A DNA stretch of 64,000 bases from Mizuhopecten yessoensis. Its lineage: Eukaryota. The DNA is taken from contig NW_018408761.1 in assembly GCF_002113885.1 (NCBI RefSeq), positions 2,335,947-2,399,946 on the forward strand, read 5' to 3'. Shown here in pieces: positions 29,266-41,324 of the stretch (position 1 is its first letter; each line of letters starts with the position of its first letter). The position numbers and the translations under genes were made by a program. A model generated the notes under the pieces. That model was given only the letters and a program-made list of their open reading frames with translations, made no database searches and was not told where the DNA came from.

Positions 29266-29620
29266 GGAGGCACGTTAGTCTAGTGGTAGGACGCCGGGCT
29301 CGGGACCGAATAGTTGCGGGTTCGAGTCATGGCACTGCGCGGCACTATGTTGGTTCTTTGAGCAAGATACTTTATTCGGCTTGTTCCAGTCTACTCAGCT
29401 GTAAATGAGTACGTGGTTGGGGTGTGATGAAAGTTTTGAATGCCAGCTGTGAGCGCCGAAATGGCAGCACCGGCTGTATGCTCCCCAGGGAGTTGAGAAA
29501 TATATCGAATGGTTGCAAAGGCCCTATAACCACGGATAATAATTTGTGAACCGCTTTTAGACGAGCTACGAACTAAGTTGTGATAAAGCGGTGTATAAGA
29601 ACCTCGAATTAATATTAATA
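29266..29620 (+). mobile_element. Full-length tRNA-derived SINE with CORE-like domain and L2-like tail
   Basis: A box TAGTCTAGTGG, B box GGTTCGAGTCA, central CTTTGAGCAAGATACTTT...CAGCTGTAAATGAGTAC, tail GTGAACCGCTTT...AAAGCGGTGTATAAG. Confidence 0.85.
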
Positions 29621-30139
29621 GTATATAACCCTTGCTGGTCCTGAAAAATAATGACGTCTATTTAATCTATTAGTGTCTGTAGAATCTTGACATCAATAAT
29701 CCTTACAAAGGACCTCTACAATACTGACTTCAATATTAGAAACTTATAATATTGAAGTTGATTCGCCACCTGTAAGGCATGACGCGTTTTGACGTTGATT
29801 TGTCGTAAAGGGTCATGGCTGGATTGGTCGAGATATTAACACTCCACGATCCCCGAAGTCGTCGTACGCTTGGAATATTCAGATAGGTGTTTTTCTCCTG
29901 CCAACACAACTCCAACAACCCAGGTGATGTGTAAAATGGTCTTGAGTGGATGTTGCGGTATCTGTGATGTAGCATTCAAGTGAGATGGCATAACAAATGA
30001 TACTGTTGGAAGCACAGTCCCATTACAAACAGAATACAATACATCTCCAGCACACACGCAGACATACACACAAAGGGAGATATTAGCCAGGTGGCATACT
30101 ACAAGTAATTTGCGCCTGATAAGGCAACTCCTGCTCGTT

Positions 30140-30270
30140 CCTCAACATTGTATTGATTAATGTAAATGTTAATTGTATTGCTTGTTAAATTGTATATATA
30201 TGAACTGTAAAGCAGTTTAAGTGGCTTATTCTAGCTAGACAGGGCGCTTTATCAAATGTTGCTTATTATG
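30140..30270 (+). mobile_element. L2-type LINE/SINE 3' end
   Basis: TGTAAAGCAGTTTAAG...GGCGCTTTATCAAATG...TTATTAT resembles the L2 3' stem-loop tail. Confidence 0.5.
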
Positions 30271-30643
30271 TAGAAATTTCCATTCACTAGTTCTTAGTAG
30301 ATCAATATAAAATTGAATATGCTTTGCCCTTTGTTTGACTTTTAGTATGCTGACACACATTTAAAAGACAGCTTGTCTACAAAAGCAAACTTCGGCAAAA
30401 ACAGTTGCATGTTGGGCGTTTTTGGAATTTGCGTAAATTGATAAATCCCATATACTTGTATTAATGCCAAAGTGACTACTAAACTGATTGGGCTATATGA
30501 CCGATGATTTAGTTTTGTTGATATACGCCCTTAGAACACATAGTCGTACACTTATCTATTATTCCTGACTGTAATAGGCTTATACACACAATATTCAGGA
30601 ATTAAATGGGTGGTCTTAGAAAGTGCACGATATGGTCAAAACG

Positions 30644-30650
30644 TATAAAA
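30644..30650 (+). promoter_or_regulatory. Candidate TATA box of first opsin
   Basis: TATAAAA about 80 nt upstream of the ATG; reverse CCAAT (CTGATTGG) at 30484-30491. Confidence 0.5.
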
Positions 30651-30729
30651 ACATGGAAACCGCAAAACAAACGCTAGTATCTCTCTGGTAATTGGCCTTT
30701 TTGTAGCTGACCAGGATACTCCAAGCAAT

Positions 30730-32103
30730 ATGGTTCTAGGAGTGACGGAGCTGGCCACGGAGAACACCACTCACCTGTACGATACCTACGACTACTTCGT
30801 CCATCCCCATTGGAAGCAGTTCGACCCAGTACCTCATACATGGCACTACTTTATCGGAATTTTCATCTCAATTGTTGGTGTCAGTGGTGTGATAGGTAAC
30901 ATTGTCGTCATCACGATGTTCTCCACCACCAAGACACTGAAGTCGCCATCTAACATGTTGATCGTTAACCTTGCTCTTAGTGATCTGACCTTCTCGGCTG
31001 TCAACGGATTCCCTCTATTGACTGTATCTGCTTTTAATACTAAATGGGTGTTTGGAGATACCGCCTGTCAATTCTACGGATTAATAGGAGGTATATTTGG
31101 ACTTATGTCGATCAACACATTAGCTATGATATCTATTGATCGCTGTATTTGCATTACCAGACCGCTCCAAGCTATGCGAATTATGACCCGTAAGACGTCT
31201 TTCATCATGATCGTCGTCGTCTGGGTATGGGCCGTAGGATGGTCCTTGTTGCCACTCTTCGGCCTCGGAGCCTACATCCCCGAGGGTTTCCAAACATCGT
31301 GCACATTCGATTATTTGACCAAGACCGTCTCAAACAGAATATACATCATAGGCATGTACGTCTTTGCCTTTGCCCTACCACTAGTGCTGATTATCGTATC
31401 ATACATCATGATTATTAGTTCTATCAGAAAGCATGCACGGGAAATGGCTAACATGGCTGACAAGATGAACGCCGAGGAAGCGGATAAACATGAGAAAACA
31501 AAAGCCGAGATCAAAATCACCAAAATTGCCATGACTCTCATCTCCCTATTCATCTTGTCTTGGAGTCCCTATGCCACCATTGCCTTGATAGCACAGTTTG
31601 GGGATCCAAGCTTTGTCACTCCTTTGATGTCGGAAATGCCTGTCATGTTGGCCAAGTCGTCTGCTATGCACAATCCTATCGTGTATGCACTCAGCCATCC
31701 GAAATTCCGCGCTGCTCTGTATCAGAAAGCACCTTGCTTCCTTAACTGTTGCAAACCAAGTCCCAAGCCACCAGCGGAAGCTCCATCCAGAGCTCAGGTC
31801 GGACGCACCGCCAGTGATTGTAGTCAATCGACAATTGCAAGTTCTTATGGACCAGGATACGAAATGCAACCGACCATGAACCAAGGAGTCAACTCGGGTG
31901 AACTTGTAAAGGAGCTAGTGGGCGCCATTGTCTCGATGGCTAACAACCAACCGCCGACCGTTCAACCTGTGTTCATTCCAGGGACCGGAGGAACTGTCGT
32001 CACACCAATAGCCGCAACCCCGGCCCCAGCGCCTACGGCCGAACAGGTGCAAACTACAACAGCTGCAATTATTGAAAAGGCAACAAAGGAGCCTAAAGTT
32101 TAG
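30730..32103 (+). CDS. Gq-coupled rhabdomeric opsin, intronless, 457 aa (resembles scallop opnGq2/r-opsin2 type)
   Basis: Uninterrupted ORF with 7 TM segments. Motifs: GN in TM1, NLALSD in TM2, C110/Y113 (CQFYG), DRC, PEGFQTSC (E181 counterion, C187), retinal Lys in LAKSSAMHNPIVYALSHPKFR, r-opsin HPK motif, CC palmitoylation site, N-glycosylation NTT. Confidence 0.97.
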   Translation: MVLGVTELATENTTHLYDTYDYFVHPHWKQFDPVPHTWHYFIGIFISIVGVSGVIGNIVVITMFSTTKTLKSPSNMLIVNLALSDLTFSAVNGFPLLTVSAFNTKWVFGDTACQFYGLIGGIFGLMSINTLAMISIDRCICITRPLQAMRIMTRKTSFIMIVVVWVWAVGWSLLPLFGLGAYIPEGFQTSCTFDYLTKTVSNRIYIIGMYVFAFALPLVLIIVSYIMIISSIRKHAREMANMADKMNAEEADKHEKTKAEIKITKIAMTLISLFILSWSPYATIALIAQFGDPSFVTPLMSEMPVMLAKSSAMHNPIVYALSHPKFRAALYQKAPCFLNCCKPSPKPPAEAPSRAQVGRTASDCSQSTIASSYGPGYEMQPTMNQGVNSGELVKELVGAIVSMANNQPPTVQPVFIPGTGGTVVTPIAATPAPAPTAEQVQTTTAAIIEKATKEPKV

Positions 32104-32366
32104 TAATGGACGCCAACGAAAGGAAGATCACATCAAAATTGTCCAATTATCGTTTGAGGATACTCACATTTCTATCGGTTCTGGTGAATTGAAGATAGCA
32201 ACAGAATTCAGATAAGGACTGTCCTGTCTACAGATTTAGTGAAAATGTCAAATTGATAACATCGCGATGAATGAAAGCCCGTGTTTATTGTAGCATTGTT
32301 CAGCATTAACAATATGCTGCAGCGAGTCAATCATCCTTTGCGGGGTGTGGGCAATATCGGACTTAC

Positions 32367-32431
32367 GCTTCGGTCCACGGCAAGAGGAGGACAAAAAGTA
32401 AAAGAAGGACTTGATGGAATTCCCGTGCACC
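32367..32431 (-). CDS. Candidate internal exon of an unidentified host gene encoding a signal-peptide-like segment GAREFHQVLLLLFVLLLPWTEA
   Basis: On the minus strand: branch point CACTAAC, then tgttttaatacttgcAG, a 65-nt exon, and donor GTAAGT. Open in phase 0 and ends in phase 2; 10-residue hydrophobic core followed by a T-E-A cleavage-like site. Confidence 0.6.
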
Positions 32432-32637
32432 CTGCAAGTATTAAAACATTGGATTTTTTCTATTGTTAGTGTCAGATCAGAATTTTAACGACAATTTTAT
32501 TTCTATAATGTTGAACAATGGATTTCAATTGATATATTGATTATTTTACTAAAATTCTTTCAGTGTACGCACAGATTCCGCTCAGTAACGGTGCTTTATA
32601 TATAACTCTCATGTGTAAGTTATGAATTACATTGGGA

Positions 32638-32643
32638 AATAAA
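32638..32643 (+). terminator. Candidate polyadenylation signal of first opsin
   Basis: First AATAAA after the stop codon, followed by T-rich sequence; an ATTAAA variant occurs earlier at about 32440. Confidence 0.5.
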
Positions 32644-35600
32644 AAAAGTCTTTCTTAATTCTCGGTTATTACACTTCGTTTCTCAAAAAGATTTAATTTA
32701 TATACGAATGCCTTCATAGTTCTACCTGGATATACCGATTACCGAAATCTCAATTTATTTAAGTTTTGGTCTAGACCTTAAATTAGAATCATTTGAAGAG
32801 AAATGACGAAATGTAGCTATGTGATATTTATTTCCATTCTGTTTTCTTTGATTAATATCACGTTTCAGAAAATTCCATATGATCGACGTCAAATTGTATT
32901 TATAGCTTGTTCTTGTCATCAGCGAGGTCAGCGGGGCGCCAACCTTTTTTTTCTCCTAATAAATTATAAATTTACCGTTTTTGAAAGATATTATAGACAT
33001 ACCATACCACCTATGTCCTATATATGGCATTTTTTGTCTAGCCCAGTTATGTTTTATTTGGTTCACTGTCAACATGTCGAAGTTTGAGTGCCATTTAAAT
33101 ACTTGATATGGATGTGTTAAAGACAATAGCCTAGTTATGAATATTTATCTTTTTGCCTACTTACAAGCCGTCGTTGAGGAGAAAATATCCGAGCCGAACA
33201 TCCTACTCAAGTATGATTGAGTAATCGAGCTGATGAAATGACACCAATGTACGAACTTAACTCGGTTTTACAATTATGTTAAGTAAATGTTTGATTAATA
33301 AGACAGTTCAAGCGTTTAATTAATAGCATGTCCACGTAAAACTATTTGATGCTGAAAAAAGAACAGGGTAAGGCTTCCCATACACAGCATGTAACAATCA
33401 ACAATTTCTGGTCATGGGGATATTTGTTTATTTTAGTTATAAAGAGTTTGTGTATGCCACTGAAAGTCAACAACAATACTATAAACCGTTATTGAGTATC
33501 TTATTCACCTTCTCTAATGAGATCAAAAAATGTTTAGTGTTATCAATTCCCTATCTAATGAGTACAATTGTATTTGTCATGGTGTAACTTACCATTCATA
33601 GGATACACGTCTGGAGATGCCTGTCTGCCTTACTGATTTAGAACGGATGTACATGTGAAAGTGTGGTAAAATGTATCATTTTAAAATGATAATATTTCTT
33701 AAGAGTCAAGGGAAAAGTACGATAAGTTCAATTAATAATAATTAGTATATAAGGTACTTTGCACGAGACATATATCATTGCCCATCAGGAAAGAATATTT
33801 TGCACTCAAATGTTTCGTTCTTGAAAATGTGTCTGATTTGTGTAAATCAAATTCCCTTCGACGAGTCGTTTGGAGAACAACCTCTAAAAGAAATCCTCGC
33901 AAAACGTCAATAGTCTACATGTCAAATGCAATTGTGATAATACAGTATATGAAGAATGATATGAGCAGTATGAAAATGGCGATGAGCTTCAGCTGGCAAT
34001 TTTATCTGTTTACATTTCCTTCGTACATATTTTTGGTTTGTAGGTTAGATAACCTACCTATAAACAATGTTGTTATATCTCATTGACAGATAAATCATTT
34101 CATCCGGAATATTTTCCCATCGGAAACTGTTCGCGTCTTTCTGTCAATCAGTTTGAGTAATCGGGGACCAATCACACCTTGACGTCAAATTCAAATTATG
34201 ACGCAAATTACTGAATGGTTTGCGACTGTCGTTCGTCGCCTGACTAAATCGGTAACCTTAGAAACACAATATTGTTCCCGAAACAAAATGGCTTTGCGGC
34301 AATTTGGTAAAATATTTTGTTTAAATTATATTTTGAACCGAATGAAACATCAACGAACAAATGAAATAATTTGTCTTTGCTGTTTTGAATGTAAGTATAA
34401 GGATTGAAATGCATCTTTTTAACAATTATGATGGTATGTAAACAGCTCTGTTCAAAGATATTCTCCAACATGCGAAATATGAAGGTACAGAAAGCCTTTT
34501 AAGAAAAAACAACATATTGAGGTCAGTCATTACAGAAGCGGAAACAACTAAACGTTAAAACATGTCTATATAACCCAGCGTTGATTCTGTAGTTATTTGG
34601 TAGATCCTATTGGATCTACTGACGTTATGACTCGGCTCAGGCTTTTACTTTATTGTAGTAGTTCTTCAGGTAAGTTATTCGGCTTGGAATTCTGTTTGTT
34701 TTCATTGTATGTTGACGCAATGGCATACACATTTTCTTGGTTGTTAGACTTAAGTTCCAATGAGCTCTACAGAGAATGGTAAAACTCATATGTTTGCATT
34801 AAAGTTAAAGTAATTAGTATACTGTAGAACAAAATATCAAATGTTTTACACTGCTTGGCCTTCAACAAAAGTCAGTGAGATGGGCGTTCCGTATATCAAT
34901 CATAAGCTGAATTAGTCGCTGTAAGTCTGTCATAGCGTAATGCTATTGTTGACTATGGTAATATGGTACACGAGCGAAAGTGGTGAGCTGGATGTCGTAG
35001 TATCCGCTATGATAGGTTTTAATTAACACTACTATAAGCAGATATAACTAACGTCATTATCGAGATCATTATCGTACTTTTGATCAACCTTTTGTCTATA
35101 TACGTCTAACACCAAGTCCTTTGGTAAGGTCATCTATACACGATAATAAGACGATTTTTAAGGCAATAATCTACTGAGAAGCTTTGCTTCTGAAATGTAC
35201 TTGCTACAGTGATATTTATTTGAAAACAAATACATGTTCAAATTGTCAATTTTATTTCGTTGCATTAGTATGAAATTAAAAATGGGCGTGTCGCCATGCG
35301 TACTTATTACAGATTATATTCTGGAACTACAAATCATCTCGTGGTATGCAAATATAAAGCGGTACGTTATTACACTTATCCTATCTTTATGACATAATAC
35401 ATTTATCAAACTCATATTTTTCCCAATTCAATCACTCATTAAACTTACAATGGAAATATTGTAGTTACAACCCGAACGATATGTTTCAGTGTCTTCAACT
35501 TATAAGCAAATATAAAGCAAACCAACACTTCCGTCTGCGCCATTTCTAATAGTTTTGTTTTTACCATTACATAGTTTTTCAGTGAGGCATCATGCAATAC

Positions 35601-35966
35601 CTTTAGTATTAAGTTATGCAATGGTTGAACACACATGGTCAAGCTGAAGCCAAAACCACGCTGACAAATAGTTAATTGCGAGGTAAGACATTACGTACCG
35701 CTATGATAATTATCTATCTTTGCACTAACTTGTTAAGTTAAGTGGTCCGTTAATATTGCCTGTGGTAGATCGACAGGAAGCAGATTTGTTTCTGACAAAA
35801 TATTCATATTATTGCTGGCAAAAACATAAACTCGTGTCAACATAACTCGTAGGTCAAATAGCATGGCTGATGAATCAAAACATATGTTATAACTTAGCCC
35901 TCAGTATACATAGTCGCTGACAGATATCCCGTTACATAGTATTTTGATTGTTATAATATATTAATG

Positions 35967-38900
35967 ATATGCATTAATTCTGCGTAAGCATGTCTAACTT
36001 GACCTCGTTCAGAATATTTATGAACAATTTGCTAATATTCAGTCAGTATCATTAGATGTCCATATCATGTCAGTATCAGTAGATGTCCATATCATGTCAG
36101 TATCATTAGATGTCCATATCATTTCAGTATCAGTAGATGTCCATATCCTGTCAGTATCAGTATATGTCAGTATCATGTATATGCATTAATTCTGCGTAAG
36201 CATGTCTAACTTGACCTCGTTCAGAATATTTATGAACAAGTTGCTAATATTCAGTCAGTATCATTAGATGTCCATATCTTGTCAGTATCAGTAGATGTCC
36301 TTATCATGTCAGTATCAGTAGATGTCTATATCATGTCAGTATCAGTAGATGTACATATCTTGTCAGTATCAGTAGATGTCCTTATCATGTCAGTATCAGT
36401 AGATGTCTATATCATGTCAGTATCAGTAGATTTCCATATCATGTCAGTATCAGTATATGTCAGTATCATGTATATGCATTAATTCTGCGTAAGCATGTCT
36501 ACCTTGACCTCGTTCAGAATATTTATGAACAAGTTGCTAATATTCAGTCAGTATCATTAGCTGTCCATATCATGTCAGTATCAGAAGGTGTCCATATCAT
36601 GTCAGTATCAGAAGGTGTCCATATCATGTCAGTATCAGAAGGTGTCCATATCATGTCAGTATCAGAAGATGTCCATATCTTGTCAGTATCAGTAGCATCC
36701 ATATCATGTCAGTATCAGTATATGTCAGTATCATGTATATGCATTAATTCTGCGTAAGCATGTCTAACTTGACCTCGTTCAGAATGTTTATGAACAATTT
36801 GCTAATATTCAGTAAGTATCATTAGATGTCCATATCATTTCAGTATCAGTAGATGTCCATATCTTGTCAGTATCAGTAGATGTCCATAACATGTCAGTAT
36901 CAGTAGATGTCCTTATCATGTCAGTATCAGTAGATGTACATATCATGTCAGTATCAGTAGATGTCCATGTCATGTCAGTATCAGTAGATGTCTATATCAT
37001 GTCAGTATCAGTAGATGCCCATATCATGTCAGTATCAGTAGATGTACATATCTTGTCAGTATCAGTAGATGTCCATATCCTGTCAGTATCAGTATATGTC
37101 AGTATCATGTATATGCATTAATTCTGCGTAAGCATGTCTAACTTGACCTTGTTCAGAATATTTATGAACAATTTTCTAATATTCAGTCAGTATCATTAGA
37201 TGTCCATATCATGTTAGTATCAGTAGATGGCCATATCATGTCAGTATCAGGAGATGTCCATATCATGTCAGTATAAGTAGCTGTCCATATCATGTCAGTA
37301 TCAGAAGGTGTCCATATCATGTCAGTATCAGAAGGTGTCCATATCATGTCAGTATCAGAAGATGTCCATATCTTGTCAGTATCAGTAGATGTCCTTATCA
37401 TGTCAGTATCAGTAGATGTACATATCTTGTCAGTATCAGTAGATGTCCTTATCATGTCAGTATCAGTAGATGTCTATATCATGTCAGTATCAGTAGATGT
37501 CAATATCTCGTCAGTATCAGTAGATGTCCATATCCTGTCAGTATCAGTAGATGTCCATATCATGTCAGTATCAGTAGCATCCATATCATGTCAGTATCAA
37601 TAGATGTCCATATCATGTCAGTATCAGTAGATGTCCATATCATGTCAGTATCCGTATATGTCAGTATCATGTCAGTATCATTAGATGTCCATATCATGTC
37701 AATATCAGTAGATGTCCATAGCATGTCAGTATCAGTAGATGTCAATATCATGTCAGTATCAGTAGATGTCCATATCTTGTCAGTATCAGTAGATGTCCAT
37801 ATCATGTCAGCATCAGTAGTATCCATATCATGTCAGTATTAGTAGATGTCCATATAATGTCAGTATCATTAGATGTCCATATCATGTCAATATCAGTAGA
37901 TGTCCATAACATGTCAGTATCAGTAGCATCCATATCATGTCAGTATCAGTAGATGTCCATAGCATGTCAGTATCAGTAGATGTCAATATCATGTCACTAT
38001 CAGTAGATGTCCATATCATGTCAGTATCAGTAGCATCCATATAATGTCAGTATCAATAGATGTCCATATCATGTCAGAATCAGTAGATGTCCATATCATG
38101 TCAGTATCAGTAGTATCCATATCATGTCAGTAGCAGTAGATGTCCATATCATGTCAGTATCAGTAGTATCCATATCATGTCAGTATCAGTAGATGCCCAT
38201 ATCATGTCAGTATCAGTAGATGTCCATATCATGCCAGTATCAGTAGATGTCCATATCATGTCAGTATCAGTAGTATCCATATCATGTCAGTAGCAGTAGA
38301 TGTCCATATCATGTCAGTATCAGTAGTATCCATATCATGTCAGTAGCAGTAGATGTCCATATCATGTCAGTATCAGTAGTATCCATATCATGTCAGTAGC
38401 AGTAGATGTCCATATCATGTCAGTATCAGTAGAATCCATATCATGTCAGTATTAGTAGATGTCCATATAATGTCAGTATCATTAGATGTCCATATCATGT
38501 CAATATCAGTAGATGTCCATAACATGTCAGTATCAGTAGATGTCAATATCATGTCACTATCAGTAGATGTCCAGTCAGTATCAGTAGATGTCCATATCAT
38601 GTCAGTATCCGTATATGTCAGTATCATGTCAGTATCATTAGATGTCCATATCTTGTCAGTATCAGTAGATGTCCATATCATGTCAGAATCAGTAGATGTC
38701 CATATCATGTCAGTATCAGTAGTATCCATATCATGTCAGTAGCAGTAGATGTCCATATCATGTCAGTATCAGTAGTATCCATATCATGTCAGTATCAGTA
38801 GATGTCCATAGCATGTCAGTATCAGTAGATGTCAATATCATGTCACTATCAGTAGATGTCCATATCATGTCAGTATCAGTAGTATCCATATCATGTCAGT

Positions 38901-39292
38901 AGCAGTAGATGTCCATATCATGTCAGTATCAGTAGCATCCATATAATGTCAGTATCAATAGATGTCCATATCATGTCAGAATCAGTAGATGTCCATATCA
39001 TGTCAGTATCAGTAGTATCCATATCATGTCAGTATCAGTAGATGCCCATATCATGTCAGTATCAATAGATGTCCATATCATGTCAGAATCAGTAGATGTC
39101 CATATCATGTCAGTATCAGTAGCATCCATATAATGTCAGTATCAATAGATGTCCATATCATGTCAGTATCAGTAGATGACCATATCATGTCAGTATCATT
39201 AAATGTCCATAACATGTCAGTATCAATAGACGTCCATATCGTGTCAGTATCAATAAATGTCCATATCATGTCAGTATCAGTAGATGTCTATA
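35967..39292 (+). repeat. 27-bp satellite (~3.3 kb) with five interspersed copies of a ~75-bp block
   Basis: Unit TCAGTATCAGTAGATGTCCATATCATG; block ATATGCATTAATTCTGCGTAAGC...GCTAATATTCAG at 35967, 36179, 36472, 36737 and 37111. Confidence 0.97.
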
Positions 39293-41324
39293 TATTGGTA
39301 TGTGAATTACAAAAATCAATAAAACAACACGACAATTCCCGAAATCCAATAAACAGTTCACTGAAGAAGAAGATCGACAAAATTGGAAGGGGGGAGGGGG
39401 GCAAAAGGAAAATATTTATATGGAGACCTTGAAAATCATTGAAAGGAAGAAGGAGGGCAAGGTGTTCCGGGAGAGTAATCATCATCTAAGAGAAACAACA
39501 TAATGTAAACAATGTATTTCTAGGTCAAATAAAAGTAGTGTCACGTCCTGAAAATGAGAACGGGTAATGCAAACAAAACAACAAAGCACTCCAATGCATG
39601 TCACAAGAGGAGTCACCGTCATATCGAACAAGGAAATAAAATACTATCAAGATGGCAAACTTAAAACTTTTTCCTTCATCAACCTTTATCTCTTGAAAAC
39701 CGAAATTAAAACAAGCTTTTGTATCCGAATCAAATGCAACATGTAAATAATGTACATTGAAGAGGGAAGAGAAGTAGGAATATTACTTATCATGAATATG
39801 ACAGTAGGTGATCGGAAACCCATCACACTTATCGAAATGGTGATCGCTGTATGTAACTGATGTAAAAACGAATTCTATTGTGTTCCTGTTTGAATTTCAT
39901 GTTGGTATATATTATCGGCTCTTGATTTACAAATCCTTATTAAATAAAGACAGTTCATTGTCGATGTGTCTGAAAATGTAATTGAGATTGGGCAAGGCTA
40001 TTGTTTCTCGTTTATACAACAGCTTCCTCTTGCGTCATTACGACTATCGGGCTTAGCATGGGTGACGGCGTGCTACAAACATGATGTTGCTTTATTGACC
40101 TTTCTAGGACGTCACATTAATCAAATTATCTTTCAAAAATAATTACCTAGAGTTTATGGAATACATTTTAAGTAGTTTTTAGCCAGATACATTGAGGCTG
40201 TGTTACTCCGAGGTTTAATAAATCAAATTTACTTCCAAAATTAATTCTGATGATCAAAGGTGTGAGGCATACAATTTTATTACTTGCAAGGTGATGGAAC
40301 ACGTAGATTTATTCCGCTATATACATTGTACATATTAAGTAGGAGGATTAAGGTATTAATTTCACATCTCTGTCTAGTAAATATGGAAACAAAACATTTC
40401 CTGACACATTTTGTAAGCTCATTATGTAGATTCTAGGAGATTTTGGAATATTTTAACCATATTGTACCTTGTCTCGACAACCAAGTGACGCCTTAACGTT
40501 CGCAATTTAATTCACAGCGCTACGTATGTGTCCTTTCAGATGGTTTATTTCATTCAGAACGTATTAGTATATTGATTGCTTAATTCATTAATATATTAAA
40601 AACTAAAAATACCTAACCTTAATCCGTCGTTTCTGACCTAGACAACGAAATGTGAGTGTACTAGTAAACGTCAGACCAGGACCTTGTGGTGTCCAGCAGT
40701 AAATTAGCATGTTAATGACATGTCAGAGGATGGCAGACTCGACTTCTCCCTCGGTCAACTCACCACCTTATCTTACTTTAGGAGAGACGGGATACCGACC
40801 GTGGCTGTAGGTTTTAGATTATTGTTCATTACCTATATTTTACCTTCCATCAATCTCATTTGATATAGTAGTGAAGCTCATTCAAAATCCAAAACATATT
40901 AAACTCGGAAAGTGACTAATACGATTTCAACTCTGTCATACTCAGCATTTCATTATCCTGTCGTATAGTATTAGTCTTTCTGTTAATACCCTACAAACAT
41001 AAGCTTTGATTAAATTTATATATTTGAAAACTGGCAAGATAGACATTTTCTAGAACCAGCAATGCTCCTGAAAACGGCTATGACATGTCCCACGAGCTGA
41101 GGACGTGACATCCAGTTGTCAATCACACAAAGAGGTCATCTAATCCTCTTTTGGTTTGACTGAATACGATTATAACTTTATTTACTAAACATGTACATGA
41201 GCTGAAGTGTTGTCGTTTGTCAGGTAGAGACACCATTTCACGGTTTGACCGTTTAAGCTACGTCGACTTGACCTAAGATAGTGTGGTTGCATCATCTATG
41301 TTTCACGGTCAAAATAACAACAGT

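Noticed and set aside
29266-29340. tRNA gene (also 60021-60090)
   Set aside because: A and B boxes are present, but the stems are broken and the first runs into a SINE body.
32638-32647. A-run as a retrocopy poly(A) scar
   Set aside because: Only 7 A residues overlapping the AATAAA signal; no target-site duplication seen.
35967-37190. Constant ~75-bp repeat with variable intervening sequence (CRISPR-like layout)
   Set aside because: The intervening sequences are copies of the same 27-bp satellite, not unique spacers.
36279-39432. ORFs with MSVSVDVHI or TSTDTDMIW repeats
   Set aside because: Translations of the 27-bp satellite, broken by frameshifting variants.
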